Notes under the pieces: model-generated
Database searches by the model: none
What the model was told of the DNA's origin: nothing
Seen by the model: only the letters and a program-made list of their open reading frames with translations
Position numbers and translations under genes: made by a program
In this document: positions 18,365 to 28,242 of the stretch, one piece after another
Layout: each line of letters starts with the position of its first letter
Numbering within the stretch: the first letter of the stretch is position 1
Assembly: GCA_902763555.1 (NCBI GenBank)
Contig: CACWSI010000001.1
Span: forward strand, 7,215 to 71,214
Source: an uncultured Erysipelotrichaceae bacterium
Lineage (GTDB): Bacteria > Bacillota_I > Bacilli_A > RFN20 > CAG-826
Direction: 5' to 3'
Length of the DNA stretch: 64,000 bases

Positions 18365-18787
18365 ATGTTTGACGTACCGTACGAAAAAATGGTTTGTGAT
18401 TCTGACCTTGGTGATGGTGGACTTTATTTCTATAACGAATATATGGAATGGGTCTTAAGAAATTCCAACAGTGGCTTCAAAATCTACTATAAAGATATTC
18501 AAGATGTAAAAATTATCTATACAAGGAAAAAGGTTGTGACTGTCTATATGAATAATGGTAGCCATAGAAACCTCTACCTTTATAAAGCGGACACTCTTAA
18601 GAAGCTCATCCATGAAGCCGTTGATAGAGTCAATGGTGTAGTTGATAATCAAGAAGTTCCTCAAGAACAACCTAAAGAAGAAAACGTTGATGATCTTACC
18701 AAGCTTGAAAGATTAGCGAAACTCCATGAATCAGGCGCTTTGAATGATGAAGAGTTCGCTCAAGCGAAAAAGAAGATCTTAGGTTAA
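18365..18787 (+). CDS. SHOCT-domain protein with N-terminal PH-like module
   Basis: ATG 18365 follows GAGGTGA. The C-terminal LTKLERLAKLHESGALNDEEFAQAKKKILG is a typical SHOCT motif. Confidence 0.7.
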   Translation: MFDVPYEKMVCDSDLGDGGLYFYNEYMEWVLRNSNSGFKIYYKDIQDVKIIYTRKKVVTVYMNNGSHRNLYLYKADTLKKLIHEAVDRVNGVVDNQEVPQEQPKEENVDDLTKLERLAKLHESGALNDEEFAQAKKKILG

Positions 18788-18792
18788 AAAGA

Positions 18793-18815
18793 CAGTGCAA
18801 AGCACTGCTTTTTAT
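18793..18815. terminator. bidirectional Rho-independent terminator
   Basis: CAGTGC-aaa-GCACTG flanked by A and T runs, shared by convergent genes. Confidence 0.8.
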
Positions 18816-19612
18816 TTGCTATTTTCAAACTCTTGCATACGGCAATAATAATTGAAATGTTTTTGTATTTCTTCTTTTGAATGCTGTTCTAAATATTCTT
18901 CAATTTCATCCGAATTATCGATAAAGAAGTCGTATGCGCTATTCAGTATATCCTCTTGATCATAGTCATCTGTTTCGTATACATCCTCGCCATCATCAAT
19001 TTTTGCTTGTATTGATTCGACTCTTCTATCTATTTGTTTTTCACTATGGTGGTTGTGGGGTTTAAAATCCAATGTTTCACAAGCATCAAAGTATTCTTCT
19101 TCCCAATCGTCCAAATCAAAAGTTTCAATTTCTTCTTCTGGATTGGCTATCGAAAACATCTGATTCTTTTCGATGACTGAATTGCAGTGCTTGCAAGTGT
19201 ACTTTATCTCTTTCTTCCCATAGCTATCTATTGTTGTTGTTTTAAAAATCTTAGCTCCACAGTTTGGACAGCTATATGAAGTTTGTTCTTCTGTTTCTTC
19301 GCTAGCATATCCAGAATCTTCCACTTCTTCTTTTTTACGCCATTTGTATACAGCAATAACAATTACTATTTCTATTGGAACAATAGCTAGGAGAATTAAT
19401 AGTGTGGCCCACCAGAGCCAATTTAAAAAGCCAAACACCATAGCACCAATGGTGGCGCATGCTAAAAATGTCACCCAAGCATAACTTTCGAAAAAATCAT
19501 CTAAATCCATGGTGAATTCTCTCATAACAATCCCCATATGAAGTATCGAAAAAACAACAGCTACAACAGCTACAACAATCCAATAAATTAAAATAGCGCT
19601 ACCAGTTAGCAT
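18812..19612 (-). CDS. hypothetical membrane protein with central zinc ribbon and acidic C-terminal domain
   Basis: Three or four N-terminal TM helices, then CPNCGAK...CKHCNS, then an Asp/Glu-rich tail. Confidence 0.6.
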   Translation of the reverse strand: MLTGSAILIYWIVVAVVAVVFSILHMGIVMREFTMDLDDFFESYAWVTFLACATIGAMVFGFLNWLWWATLLILLAIVPIEIVIVIAVYKWRKKEEVEDSGYASEETEEQTSYSCPNCGAKIFKTTTIDSYGKKEIKYTCKHCNSVIEKNQMFSIANPEEEIETFDLDDWEEEYFDACETLDFKPHNHHSEKQIDRRVESIQAKIDDGEDVYETDDYDQEDILNSAYDFFIDNSDEIEEYLEQHSKEEIQKHFNYYCRMQEFENSK

Positions 19613-19701
19613 AATTTGATAAAGTAATTCCCTTTTATGCTTAAATTCTATTATAAAAATATGAATTTGACTATTAGCAAAATATGCATGGTTTATAGAA
19701 A

Positions 19702-19728
19702 TAAAAAACAGCGTTTTGATACGCTGTT
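19702..19728 (-). terminator. Rho-independent terminator after tRNA-Gly
   Basis: Minus strand AACAGCGT-atcaaa-ACGCUGUU followed by UUUUU. Confidence 0.75.
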
Positions 19729-19737
19729 ATTATCATC

Positions 19738-19811
19738 TGGAGCAAGTGACGGGAATCGAACCCGCATAATCAGCTTGGAAGGCTGATGTTCTACCACTGA
19801 ACTACACTTGC
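19738..19811 (-). tRNA. tRNA-Gly (anticodon UCC), CCA encoded
   Basis: The reverse complement reads GCAAGTGTAGTTCAGTGGTAGAACATCAGCCTTCCAAGCTGATTATGCGGGTTCGATTCCCGTCACTTGCTCCA. It folds as a cloverleaf with anticodon loop CTTCCAA and a GGTTCGATTCC T-arm. Confidence 0.95.
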
Positions 19812-19823
19812 GTAGCGAGAATG

Positions 19824-19853
19824 ATTATATATCATCCTCACTTAACTTTTCAA
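19824..19853 (-). promoter_or_regulatory. putative tRNA-Gly promoter
   Basis: Minus strand TTGAAA, 18 nt, TATAAT. The -10 ends about 12 nt before the tRNA 5' end. Confidence 0.5.
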
Positions 19854-19857
19854 TAAA

Positions 19858-20160
19858 CTATTGATTAATGAAAGCTAATAATTGGTTTTTGTTTTGATAG
19901 CCCATTCTGACATCAACACGTTGACCGTTTTTAAAAAGCATAAGTGTTGGAACAGCTTGGATACCAAATTGTGCGGCTACCGCACCAACTTCATCAACAT
20001 CAACCTTTAAGATTAATGTATCAACTTCTTCACTTAATTGTTCTAAAACTGGTGAAAGCATCTTACATGGACCACACCAAGTCGCAAAGAAGTCCACTAA
20101 GACAGTACCTTCTTTGATTAGTTCATAGAATTCATCACGACTACTCACATGTTTTAACAT
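19858..20160 (-). CDS. trxA: thioredoxin
   Basis: WCGPC active site. The true start is the internal ATG at 20160, preceded by GGGAGGA; the listed 129-aa form would overlap the upstream gene. Confidence 0.93.
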   Translation of the reverse strand: MLKHVSSRDEFYELIKEGTVLVDFFATWCGPCKMLSPVLEQLSEEVDTLILKVDVDEVGAVAAQFGIQAVPTLMLFKNGQRVDVRMGYQNKNQLLAFINQ

Positions 20161-20173
20161 AGTTAATTCCTCC

Positions 20174-21058
20174 CTATATTGAGAATATGATCGCCGCGAT
20201 AGCAGCGATGATGGCCAAGTGTAATGGATAGTAGAGATAACTTCCATACTGGAACCATTTTTTATTATATCCGCGGGCTCCGCTATAAAGCAAAATAAAC
20301 GCTCCGCTAATAATTGAGATTAGTTGTACGTGATAGATGATGCGCACGTAGATATATTGCTCCATGATATTATTTACTAAGAAATAAAGAAGAGTTAATA
20401 CCGCTAAGATAAGCGCGGAAACGATATTAACAGCAATTTGCTCAGTACGTGTGCCTTTATATGTATCTGCATCAATACCAGAAGTATTGCTTTGGAATTT
20501 AAAGAATAATCTCACTAATAAATGCGCTAGATAGAATCCAATGATTAAAGCGATACCAAACCACCCATATTGTGTGCGTAAGAAATATGGGAACCATAAG
20601 ACTTCCCCGTAACAGCCACAATCATCAAATGTGGTGGCGATAAATGAGGCTATACCATATGCTAAAGGTAAGATTGCAAGTAGTTTGACATACCATCTTT
20701 TATTCATCAAACAATAGACTGCTAACACACCCAAAAGTAGGTCAAGAAAAATAACGCCTTCATAACGTAATCCAAGATTGAGTTCTGCTAAGAACGGAAT
20801 GGTTTCTGTGGCCACAATAATAAGCGATATAGCGCTAGCCATAATGCCTAGTCTTAAAGCGTATTTTTTAAAGTTTTTCGTATGTAATACACCTTCTGTG
20901 GCCATAAAACAGAAAAGTGGTAGGGCAAGTCGACCAATATAACGGCAAGGAGTGATATCAAACATCACACCAACGTGGTCAACAGTCATGGTTAAAATGG
21001 CAATTATCTTAAGCCAAAAACTACTTAGTAATAAAGGAAAACCACGTCTCTTATCCAT
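20174..21058 (-). CDS. TraX-family membrane protein
   Basis: N-terminal LKIIAILTMTVDHVG motif and a polytopic profile typical of the TraX family. Confidence 0.7.
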   Translation of the reverse strand: MDKRRGFPLLLSSFWLKIIAILTMTVDHVGVMFDITPCRYIGRLALPLFCFMATEGVLHTKNFKKYALRLGIMASAISLIIVATETIPFLAELNLGLRYEGVIFLDLLLGVLAVYCLMNKRWYVKLLAILPLAYGIASFIATTFDDCGCYGEVLWFPYFLRTQYGWFGIALIIGFYLAHLLVRLFFKFQSNTSGIDADTYKGTRTEQIAVNIVSALILAVLTLLYFLVNNIMEQYIYVRIIYHVQLISIISGAFILLYSGARGYNKKWFQYGSYLYYPLHLAIIAAIAAIIFSI

Positions 21059-21867
21059 TATCTAGCCACCATGATCATGATTATCGCAATTAAGTTATAG
21101 CACGCATGAGCGGTTATAGAACAAGCTGGACCACGTAGTTCATAGGCTAGTGTTAATAACAAACCTGATACCAAATAACTTGGTAAAGACCATAGCTCTT
21201 CAACGATGTTTTCAGCGTCAAAAGTGAAGTGAATCATCGCAAAGATAACCATGGTGAGAATAAGGGCTAAATACTTATTAATTCTTCTTAAAAATGAATA
21301 TAGACCAACACGGTATGTTAACTCTTCACAAATAGGGCCAACAATACCCATGATAAAAATGCCAATTAGAGGATAACTTTTTGCTATGGATTCAACACCT
21401 TGCTGATTAATATTATCAGCGGGTGTATGCCAGATAGATGTTAAAGCGTTAATCAAGACACCTGCGGCCATAAGAGTGATCGCAAAAGCAAGGCCATATA
21501 TGTAGTCGATACCGTTATTGAATTTGCTAAGGAATAGCTTTCTTCTACTGAGAAGTGGAACCGCTAATAAAGCGATGAGCATCGTGACATAAGTAAGAGT
21601 TAATAAAAGCGTGCTCTTGAACTGTGCGTCAGAGGAATCAATCATTCTAATAAAAAATGCATAAAAGAATTCAGTAAAGAGCATACCGGCATAAGCAAAA
21701 CCGATAATAAACATCGCTATTTGGCAAATTGGATGTAAAAATACGGCTCTTTTTGGCACTCTATTTAGCTTATATAATTCGTTACTATTATGGCACTCTG
21801 GACACTTTTGAAGTGTCGGATCGTGATAAGTCTCACAATTAGGGCATTTAATATCTTTAAATAACAT
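21058..21867 (-). CDS. CPBP-family intramembrane glutamic endopeptidase with N-terminal zinc ribbon
   Basis: CPNC...CPEC ribbon, plus the CPBP motifs EELTYR, FAMIHF and HACYN. Confidence 0.8.
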   Translation of the reverse strand: MLFKDIKCPNCETYHDPTLQKCPECHNSNELYKLNRVPKRAVFLHPICQIAMFIIGFAYAGMLFTEFFYAFFIRMIDSSDAQFKSTLLLTLTYVTMLIALLAVPLLSRRKLFLSKFNNGIDYIYGLAFAITLMAAGVLINALTSIWHTPADNINQQGVESIAKSYPLIGIFIMGIVGPICEELTYRVGLYSFLRRINKYLALILTMVIFAMIHFTFDAENIVEELWSLPSYLVSGLLLTLAYELRGPACSITAHACYNLIAIIMIMVAR

Positions 21868-21955
21868 TTACTTTCATTCCTAATGAAAAAATTATACACT
21901 AAAGACAGACGTAATTATAGCAATAACTTTCTTAAGTTATCGAAAATCTCTCCCT

Positions 21956-24900
21956 ATGCAAATAAATGTTCAACAAATTACTGCTTACTTCAACATCGCT
22001 CTAGTAGTGCTTTTTCTAGTCTTTATCGGTGGCACTCTTCTCGCGGCATTAAGGGGCTTTAGACGTGGTGTATGGAAATCCACTCATAATATGGTTTTCA
22101 TGCTCACTCTTATCATTATTGCGTTTGTCACTTTGGATCCTGTTTGTAAATTTGTTGAAGGATTCGACTTATCAAGATTTATCCACGGTTCCTTATTTAT
22201 TAGGCAACTTGATGATGGTGTAGAAACAATGGTGTACTACGTTCCAGTCACCACTGTGAAAGAAACCGCTGCGGAATTCGTTAAAGGTTTATATTTCGTC
22301 TATGATGTTTCTGCTTCATCAACTAGCTTAACTAACTTTGCTTTTGCAATCGCGGAATCCGCTATCAAGATTGTTTTATTTATCGTTGATATCATCTTAA
22401 TCCTTATCTTTGGTAATCTTTTCTCATTCATTACTTGGTATGCGATTGGTCAACATCTCATTCCAAAGTTTGTGAGAACCACAGTTAAAGTTAGATGGTT
22501 AGGCGCTATAGAAACAGCGGTTACTTTTGTGGTAACTACTGCCTTATTCTTCACACCTTTAACATCATTAGTTAATACACTCAATCAATCCTATCAAAAG
22601 AATAAACCAAATTCAGATAATGAAATCGTCATGAATGTTGGTAACTTTGTGGATGCTTATAATAACTCCTTATTCGCTAAAATCTTATTCAACTGGACTG
22701 CTGATGAAAACGGTATGACTTTTGATACCAAATTCTTCTCCACCTTTACCACAGGTATCAGTGAAGATGTGTCTATTAGTCTATTAAAAGAATTCTCTAA
22801 TGCTTCTAGCATTTTAGTAAACGCTATTTCTGGCATCACCAACGAAAGCGGCCAAGTTACTTATGATTACACTAAATTAATCACTAAAGAAATTGTCGAT
22901 TCAACGTTCTCTGCTTTAACTAAATCCGAACTCTTAACAACCATTCTTCCTTTAGCGGTTGATATTGTTTTAAATAGCAACATTCTTGAAGGCTATATTC
23001 CAACTCGTTTGTTAGACTTAAGCGATGTGGAATGGAAAAACGAACTCAGTAACGTCCAAGAAATGATTGATGCCTTATTCGATAGTGGTGTCATGGATTC
23101 AGTATTGGTCGCCGATGAAACAGGCCATCGAGAATTCCGCTCATTTGGTGGTCAAGATGTCGTCGACTTTATTGACGAAATCATTAATAAACCAAACTTT
23201 GATGAAGTACTTAATGTCTTTAGAACGCTCGATAATTCCAAACTCTTAGCCCGTGTTGTTCCTGCTCTTATCACCTATTTCAAGTCCGTAAACGACACTG
23301 ATGAAATGGAAAGATATTTACCATTATCTTGGGATGAAATTTGTGAATTGAAATGGGGCTATGAATGCTACGTCTTATTTGACTTCTTACATAAAACAGC
23401 AACTATTGACCGTGACTTCTTAAAAGCCGTCCTTATTAAAGCGGGTACATATATCCCAGAGGAAGGTCAAGAAGTTAAAAAACTTGAACAAATCATCTCC
23501 GAACACGCTGATGATTTCTGCGATTTAATCGTTGGTAAGATGAATACTGAGGGTGAACTTATTGATGTCGATAGTTCAGGACGTACTGTTGTCTTTAAAA
23601 ATGGCAAACGTCTGGAAGGTAAAAACTATTGCTTATTCGATATGATGCTCTTTGAAAAGGCCTTACCACGTATTCTTGACCAACTATTTGATTTACCAAT
23701 GATGGATCAATTCGATGGCAAGATTTCTAGTGAAGATATTTCTGATTTCGGCAAAGCCGTGCAAAAACTAAATATCGGTAAAGTCCTTGTTAACTATAAG
23801 AAAGAATTCCATTCAGTCTTAGATGTCATTGCCACACTAGGCAAAGACGTCCAATTAGTGGAAGCTTTTAGTGCGCCTAATGGTCTTAATTCTTTAATGG
23901 AAGAAGAAGGTAAAATCTTCACCATTGAAAGGGTTCATATCAATTACTTACAACAAGCCATCGCTAAGATGAGTAAATCCTCATTAATTTATTCTGCGAT
24001 TGTTCCAATCGTTAAATCATTTATCGCTGATCCAAGTGTCGCTGATAGTCTTAATGACTTTGGCATTAACACAGATGTCATTGTCAGTGCGATTAGTAAA
24101 GACATGAAGAAAGATGAACAACATCGTTCATTCTTTGGTGATTTAAGTACCTTACTTGATAGCTGGGATGATTTAGGCAGAATCTATAGTGTTGTTGAAT
24201 CCGGTAATAGTGATAACTTAATGGAACAATTCAAAGATGAAACTTTAGTGGATGCTTTCGTTAATATCTTAAGTGCTTTATTTACTAACCCAATTATTAA
24301 TCCAGAGCCAGAACCAGGCGATTGGTATGAAAAGAACGAAAACCTGTATGGTATTCTAGGATTTGTCTTTGATATGACTTCTAGCATTGGCTTAACTGTT
24401 ACTAGAGAAAGAATGAGAGAAGTTGAAACATATCATGGTTGGACTGGTGATAACGGTGAATTCCAAGCCATTGGTAATATCATTAAATACATTGCCACTC
24501 ACGATGTCTTAAAAGCTGCGGATATGTTCGCTAATGGCTTATCTAGAACATCTTTAACTAACTTAAAAGAAGAGGGCGAAGGAAAAGTTGGTCTACCAAA
24601 ACTCTTCGAACTCGTTAATGAATCATATATCTTTAAAACCTCATTAGGACCATTCCTAGATAACATGTTTGGTGATGCCTTAAGTGGTTTCTTGATTGAT
24701 ACTGGCACTAATGTCTCGTTCTCTAACATTTTAGACTGGGCGGAAGAAGGCCAAAACATCGCTAACTTACTAGGTTCTTTAATTAATCTCACTCCAGCGG
24801 ATGATAGTGAAGCTAAAGACTTCTTAACTAACTTTGATATTTCTACACTTCACGATATCGTCGAACTTAACTATATGCTCCACTCATTATCACATAGTGG

Positions 24901-27900
24901 TATTTATACCTATGTTGATGAAAACGGTATCAACCATTATCAATTTGGTGCTTGGTTCTATCAAAAGATTAGTGACGCAATGGTGAAGTTCACTGTAAAC
25001 GCTAATGAATACGATTTACTTGCTGATCCAAAACCAGGAGAAAATGCTTCTTGGAGTTGGAAAGACAGTTGGGGCATTAAGCCAGGTAATGCAAATGCAG
25101 ATCCATATTTTGAAGAATATGCCGCTAAATATAATCCAGATGGTACACAAGTCGATACCCATATGATTGCCTATCGTGACTTTGTATATCTTAATGGTAA
25201 ACCTAATACTGATGAATCAGTACCAACTGATTGGTGTGATTATACCAACTTCATAACTAAACAAGCGGCCTTCTTAACCGCTCATGAAGCGGACTTAACT
25301 GGTTCTTATGCCGTTAATGATTGGAACGCATATTTTGCGAGTGATGATTTCATCGCTGATTATAATGATGTCTTTGAAGTTGATGAAATATCTCGTGTCT
25401 GTAAGTTCTTATGTTACGCCTTACGCGTTATGGAAAAGAGAAGTTCTGGTCCAAATGCTGGTACACAGATTCCTTTAAATAAATTACCAATCCCAGTATT
25501 AGATGGCTTATTAACATCGATTAACGATACAAGCTGCTTACGTATTTGTTTATATAACTTCTACCGTGTCGCTGATGAAAACTTATTAACAGGTTATAGT
25601 GCATTTAACACTGCTTCTTCTTATAACATTTATATCGTGGACGGGGAATGTCCAATTATGGACTTCACTAATGGTCGTCCTAATAGACAAGCAGAAATTA
25701 ATAAATTAATGGGCTTCTACCGTGTTCTTGATGAGGCTAACAATAATGGTGTTATCAATGGTAGTGACTTTGATTATTCCAAGATGAATCAAGGTGACTT
25801 CTTAAATAAGATGAAAGAGGCCATTATTGACTTCAATAGTTCTTATGTCTTCCATCGTTCTGGCTCAGGTAGAGTTAATAGTTTAACTACCTTCCAAGGT
25901 TTATTTAATTCCATGCTTTCACAAAGCAGTGTGAAGGATGTCATCTATTTAGGTGAAAAATCCCCTAAAGACGCGAATGCCACAAATTACACAACTAAAG
26001 AAGGTAAGATTGAATATCTCGTCACATCCACCTTCTTAACTGATAAGCAAATTAATGATGGTGCTTATAACTTTAACGAACAAAGAAATAAACAAGTTAA
26101 TGAAATCAATACTCTCATGGACTGTGTCGATTCCTTATATTCCTTAAAGGACAGCGAAGGTCATGCGACAACCGCCATTAACCAAGCGGATATGAACAAT
26201 AACGATAATATCGATATTATTGAAACATTGTTCAATAGACTTAATAGTTCCAGCTTACTATATGACTGCTTACCTAACTCCATCTATAACATCTTTGTTG
26301 AAAACAATCAGTTAAGCATCAGTAATGGTGGTCAATCTGTTGAATTTAATAGAGTGGACCCATTCTATCATTATTACTTCAATGATACTGTCAAGAGAAG
26401 CAGTGTGGACTATACCGCTAGATACTTATCTACTGATATTTCTAGCATTATTTCCTTATTAACTGATTATCAAGAATTCAATAATCAACTTAACGGCAAA
26501 GAAATGTCTGATCCAACAGTCTTAAAGACCTTAACTGGTACTGGTGGTGCCTTAAAGAGTGTCCTTTATGACATGCATGATTCTAACTTATTCCATACTC
26601 CAGCGAGAAATATTGATGGTGCCTCTTATTACACCAATAAATTTGATAACGGTTATACCTTATTTGAAGAATTAGTTAGTAAGATTTGTTCATTCGTTAA
26701 ATTAGATGACTTTGCTTATGATAATACTTATGAACTTGATGTATCTACCTATGGTAGTGCTTCCGCTAAATTAACTGCTCGTATTAAAGAAATCACTAAA
26801 GCGGATGATACAGGTATATCCACTAATGTCTATCACACCGAACAAGGCTCAGCTTGGTATCAAGAAATTGATTCCATTATGAACCTTGCTAATACCGCTG
26901 CAGATATGGGTAATGGCTCATCTTTAGATGTCTCAAGTTTTGAACTCGATAAATTATCACCAACACAAATTAAGAATATGTTAACTGCAGTTAATAGTTC
27001 CGATATCCTTGCGGATGCTTTACCAAAATTCATCAAAGATGGTTTTGCCTCTATTAACTTAGGTACCTTAACTTCTTATAACGATGTCAACTATGCCTAT
27101 TATCGTTTAGGTCAAGTCGTTTATGGTGGGGCTACCGCTACATCTCCAGAAGGTAGTGAAATCGATAACATCTATCAAGTGATGAATATCCTTTATAACG
27201 AAGGTACTGAGACTTATCACACAAATATGAATAATATGACTGACTTTGCTAAAGGCACTGATGGTGAGGCTAAGGTCACTGGCTTATTGAAATTTATTTA
27301 TAAGTCACACATCTTTAACACTTCACAAAGTGGCACTTATAAACAATATAACGTTGTTGAAGGTCATAACGTCTCCGCTCAAGGTATTATGCTTTATAAC
27401 TCCTTAGGTACTGACTTATCCGCTTATATTGCTAGAGATGCAGATAAATTAACACCTGCTAAATCAGCCTTAGATAAGATTTCCACCTTATCAACAATCG
27501 TCCATATGGAAAACTATTTTGATAGTGAAAACGATATCACTTATCAAATCGAAGCCAAAGGCTTAAAGACACTCGTGGACTTAACAGATGGTCAAATCAA
27601 TGCTTCAACATTTAACGATAATAACGTTAATACTATTAAGTCCAAGAAAAGCTTAATCTTAGGTATCGTTGAAAGCGCTTATAACGCCACTAACGAAACT
27701 GATCCAAGCCTCTATAAGCGTTCCGCTATTACAAGTGAATTTATCTCAGGCTTATTTAATAACATCTTAGAAAATCAATATACCAAACTCGAAACTAAAC
27801 CAACTTATCAATATGTGACATTTAGCTTTGGTAATGATGATGCTTCAAGTTTAACTCTTGATGATTATAGTGAACTTAACATCATTGAAAGAAATGGTTT

Positions 27901-28240
27901 AGAAGGTATGCTTGACGCTCTTGATTATATCGGCGCTGGCGCCACACCAAGCTCCATGCAAGCAAACCGTGAACAAATTAGAATTAAGTTTGCGATGATG
28001 GGCGAAGAGCCAGGCAAGAATGCCCATATGGCCCAAGCCTTATATCTCACTGAGGCACATCAGTACCTAAAGGCTTTACGTAATCCTGCGATTACTAACG
28101 CTGGTGAACAATTTGTTCCAGTTGATGAAACAAGCAAGGATCCAAACGTTTCTAATAACATTTATAGCAATACTTTCTGCTTTAAAGAATACGGCGAAAG
28201 AATCGCTAACTTCCTTGATGGAGCGACAATCGTAATTTAA
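21956..28240 (+). CDS. giant (2094 aa) membrane-anchored hypothetical protein with CvpA-like N-terminal TM domain
   Basis: Uninterrupted 6.3-kb ORF. The first 200 aa or so hold four TM helices with the LAALRGFRRGVWK pattern seen in CvpA. The remaining 1900 aa or so are Asn/Asp/Ser-rich and predicted helical, with no family recognised. Confidence 0.75.
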   Translation: MQINVQQITAYFNIALVVLFLVFIGGTLLAALRGFRRGVWKSTHNMVFMLTLIIIAFVTLDPVCKFVEGFDLSRFIHGSLFIRQLDDGVETMVYYVPVTTVKETAAEFVKGLYFVYDVSASSTSLTNFAFAIAESAIKIVLFIVDIILILIFGNLFSFITWYAIGQHLIPKFVRTTVKVRWLGAIETAVTFVVTTALFFTPLTSLVNTLNQSYQKNKPNSDNEIVMNVGNFVDAYNNSLFAKILFNWTADENGMTFDTKFFSTFTTGISEDVSISLLKEFSNASSILVNAISGITNESGQVTYDYTKLITKEIVDSTFSALTKSELLTTILPLAVDIVLNSNILEGYIPTRLLDLSDVEWKNELSNVQEMIDALFDSGVMDSVLVADETGHREFRSFGGQDVVDFIDEIINKPNFDEVLNVFRTLDNSKLLARVVPALITYFKSVNDTDEMERYLPLSWDEICELKWGYECYVLFDFLHKTATIDRDFLKAVLIKAGTYIPEEGQEVKKLEQIISEHADDFCDLIVGKMNTEGELIDVDSSGRTVVFKNGKRLEGKNYCLFDMMLFEKALPRILDQLFDLPMMDQFDGKISSEDISDFGKAVQKLNIGKVLVNYKKEFHSVLDVIATLGKDVQLVEAFSAPNGLNSLMEEEGKIFTIERVHINYLQQAIAKMSKSSLIYSAIVPIVKSFIADPSVADSLNDFGINTDVIVSAISKDMKKDEQHRSFFGDLSTLLDSWDDLGRIYSVVESGNSDNLMEQFKDETLVDAFVNILSALFTNPIINPEPEPGDWYEKNENLYGILGFVFDMTSSIGLTVTRERMREVETYHGWTGDNGEFQAIGNIIKYIATHDVLKAADMFANGLSRTSLTNLKEEGEGKVGLPKLFELVNESYIFKTSLGPFLDNMFGDALSGFLIDTGTNVSFSNILDWAEEGQNIANLLGSLINLTPADDSEAKDFLTNFDISTLHDIVELNYMLHSLSHSGIYTYVDENGINHYQFGAWFYQKISDAMVKFTVNANEYDLLADPKPGENASWSWKDSWGIKPGNANADPYFEEYAAKYNPDGTQVDTHMIAYRDFVYLNGKPNTDESVPTDWCDYTNFITKQAAFLTAHEADLTGSYAVNDWNAYFASDDFIADYNDVFEVDEISRVCKFLCYALRVMEKRSSGPNAGTQIPLNKLPIPVLDGLLTSINDTSCLRICLYNFYRVADENLLTGYSAFNTASSYNIYIVDGECPIMDFTNGRPNRQAEINKLMGFYRVLDEANNNGVINGSDFDYSKMNQGDFLNKMKEAIIDFNSSYVFHRSGSGRVNSLTTFQGLFNSMLSQSSVKDVIYLGEKSPKDANATNYTTKEGKIEYLVTSTFLTDKQINDGAYNFNEQRNKQVNEINTLMDCVDSLYSLKDSEGHATTAINQADMNNNDNIDIIETLFNRLNSSSLLYDCLPNSIYNIFVENNQLSISNGGQSVEFNRVDPFYHYYFNDTVKRSSVDYTARYLSTDISSIISLLTDYQEFNNQLNGKEMSDPTVLKTLTGTGGALKSVLYDMHDSNLFHTPARNIDGASYYTNKFDNGYTLFEELVSKICSFVKLDDFAYDNTYELDVSTYGSASAKLTARIKEITKADDTGISTNVYHTEQGSAWYQEIDSIMNLANTAADMGNGSSLDVSSFELDKLSPTQIKNMLTAVNSSDILADALPKFIKDGFASINLGTLTSYNDVNYAYYRLGQVVYGGATATSPEGSEIDNIYQVMNILYNEGTETYHTNMNNMTDFAKGTDGEAKVTGLLKFIYKSHIFNTSQSGTYKQYNVVEGHNVSAQGIMLYNSLGTDLSAYIARDADKLTPAKSALDKISTLSTIVHMENYFDSENDITYQIEAKGLKTLVDLTDGQINASTFNDNNVNTIKSKKSLILGIVESAYNATNETDPSLYKRSAITSEFISGLFNNILENQYTKLETKPTYQYVTFSFGNDDASSLTLDDYSELNIIERNGLEGMLDALDYIGAGATPSSMQANREQIRIKFAMMGEEPGKNAHMAQALYLTEAHQYLKALRNPAITNAGEQFVPVDETSKDPNVSNNIYSNTFCFKEYGERIANFLDGATIVI

Positions 28241-28242
28241 TT

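Noticed and set aside
20174-21058. TraX-family gene as evidence of a conjugative element.
   Set aside because: No other transfer, relaxase, coupling-protein or integrase genes are nearby. Chromosomal stand-alone TraX-family membrane proteins are common, and here it is translationally coupled to a CPBP protease and followed by trxA.
21058-21867. CPBP (Abi) protease as a bacteriocin-immunity or abortive-infection gene.
   Set aside because: There is no adjacent bacteriocin precursor, ABC exporter or phage-related gene. The family is too broad to infer such a role from the motifs alone.
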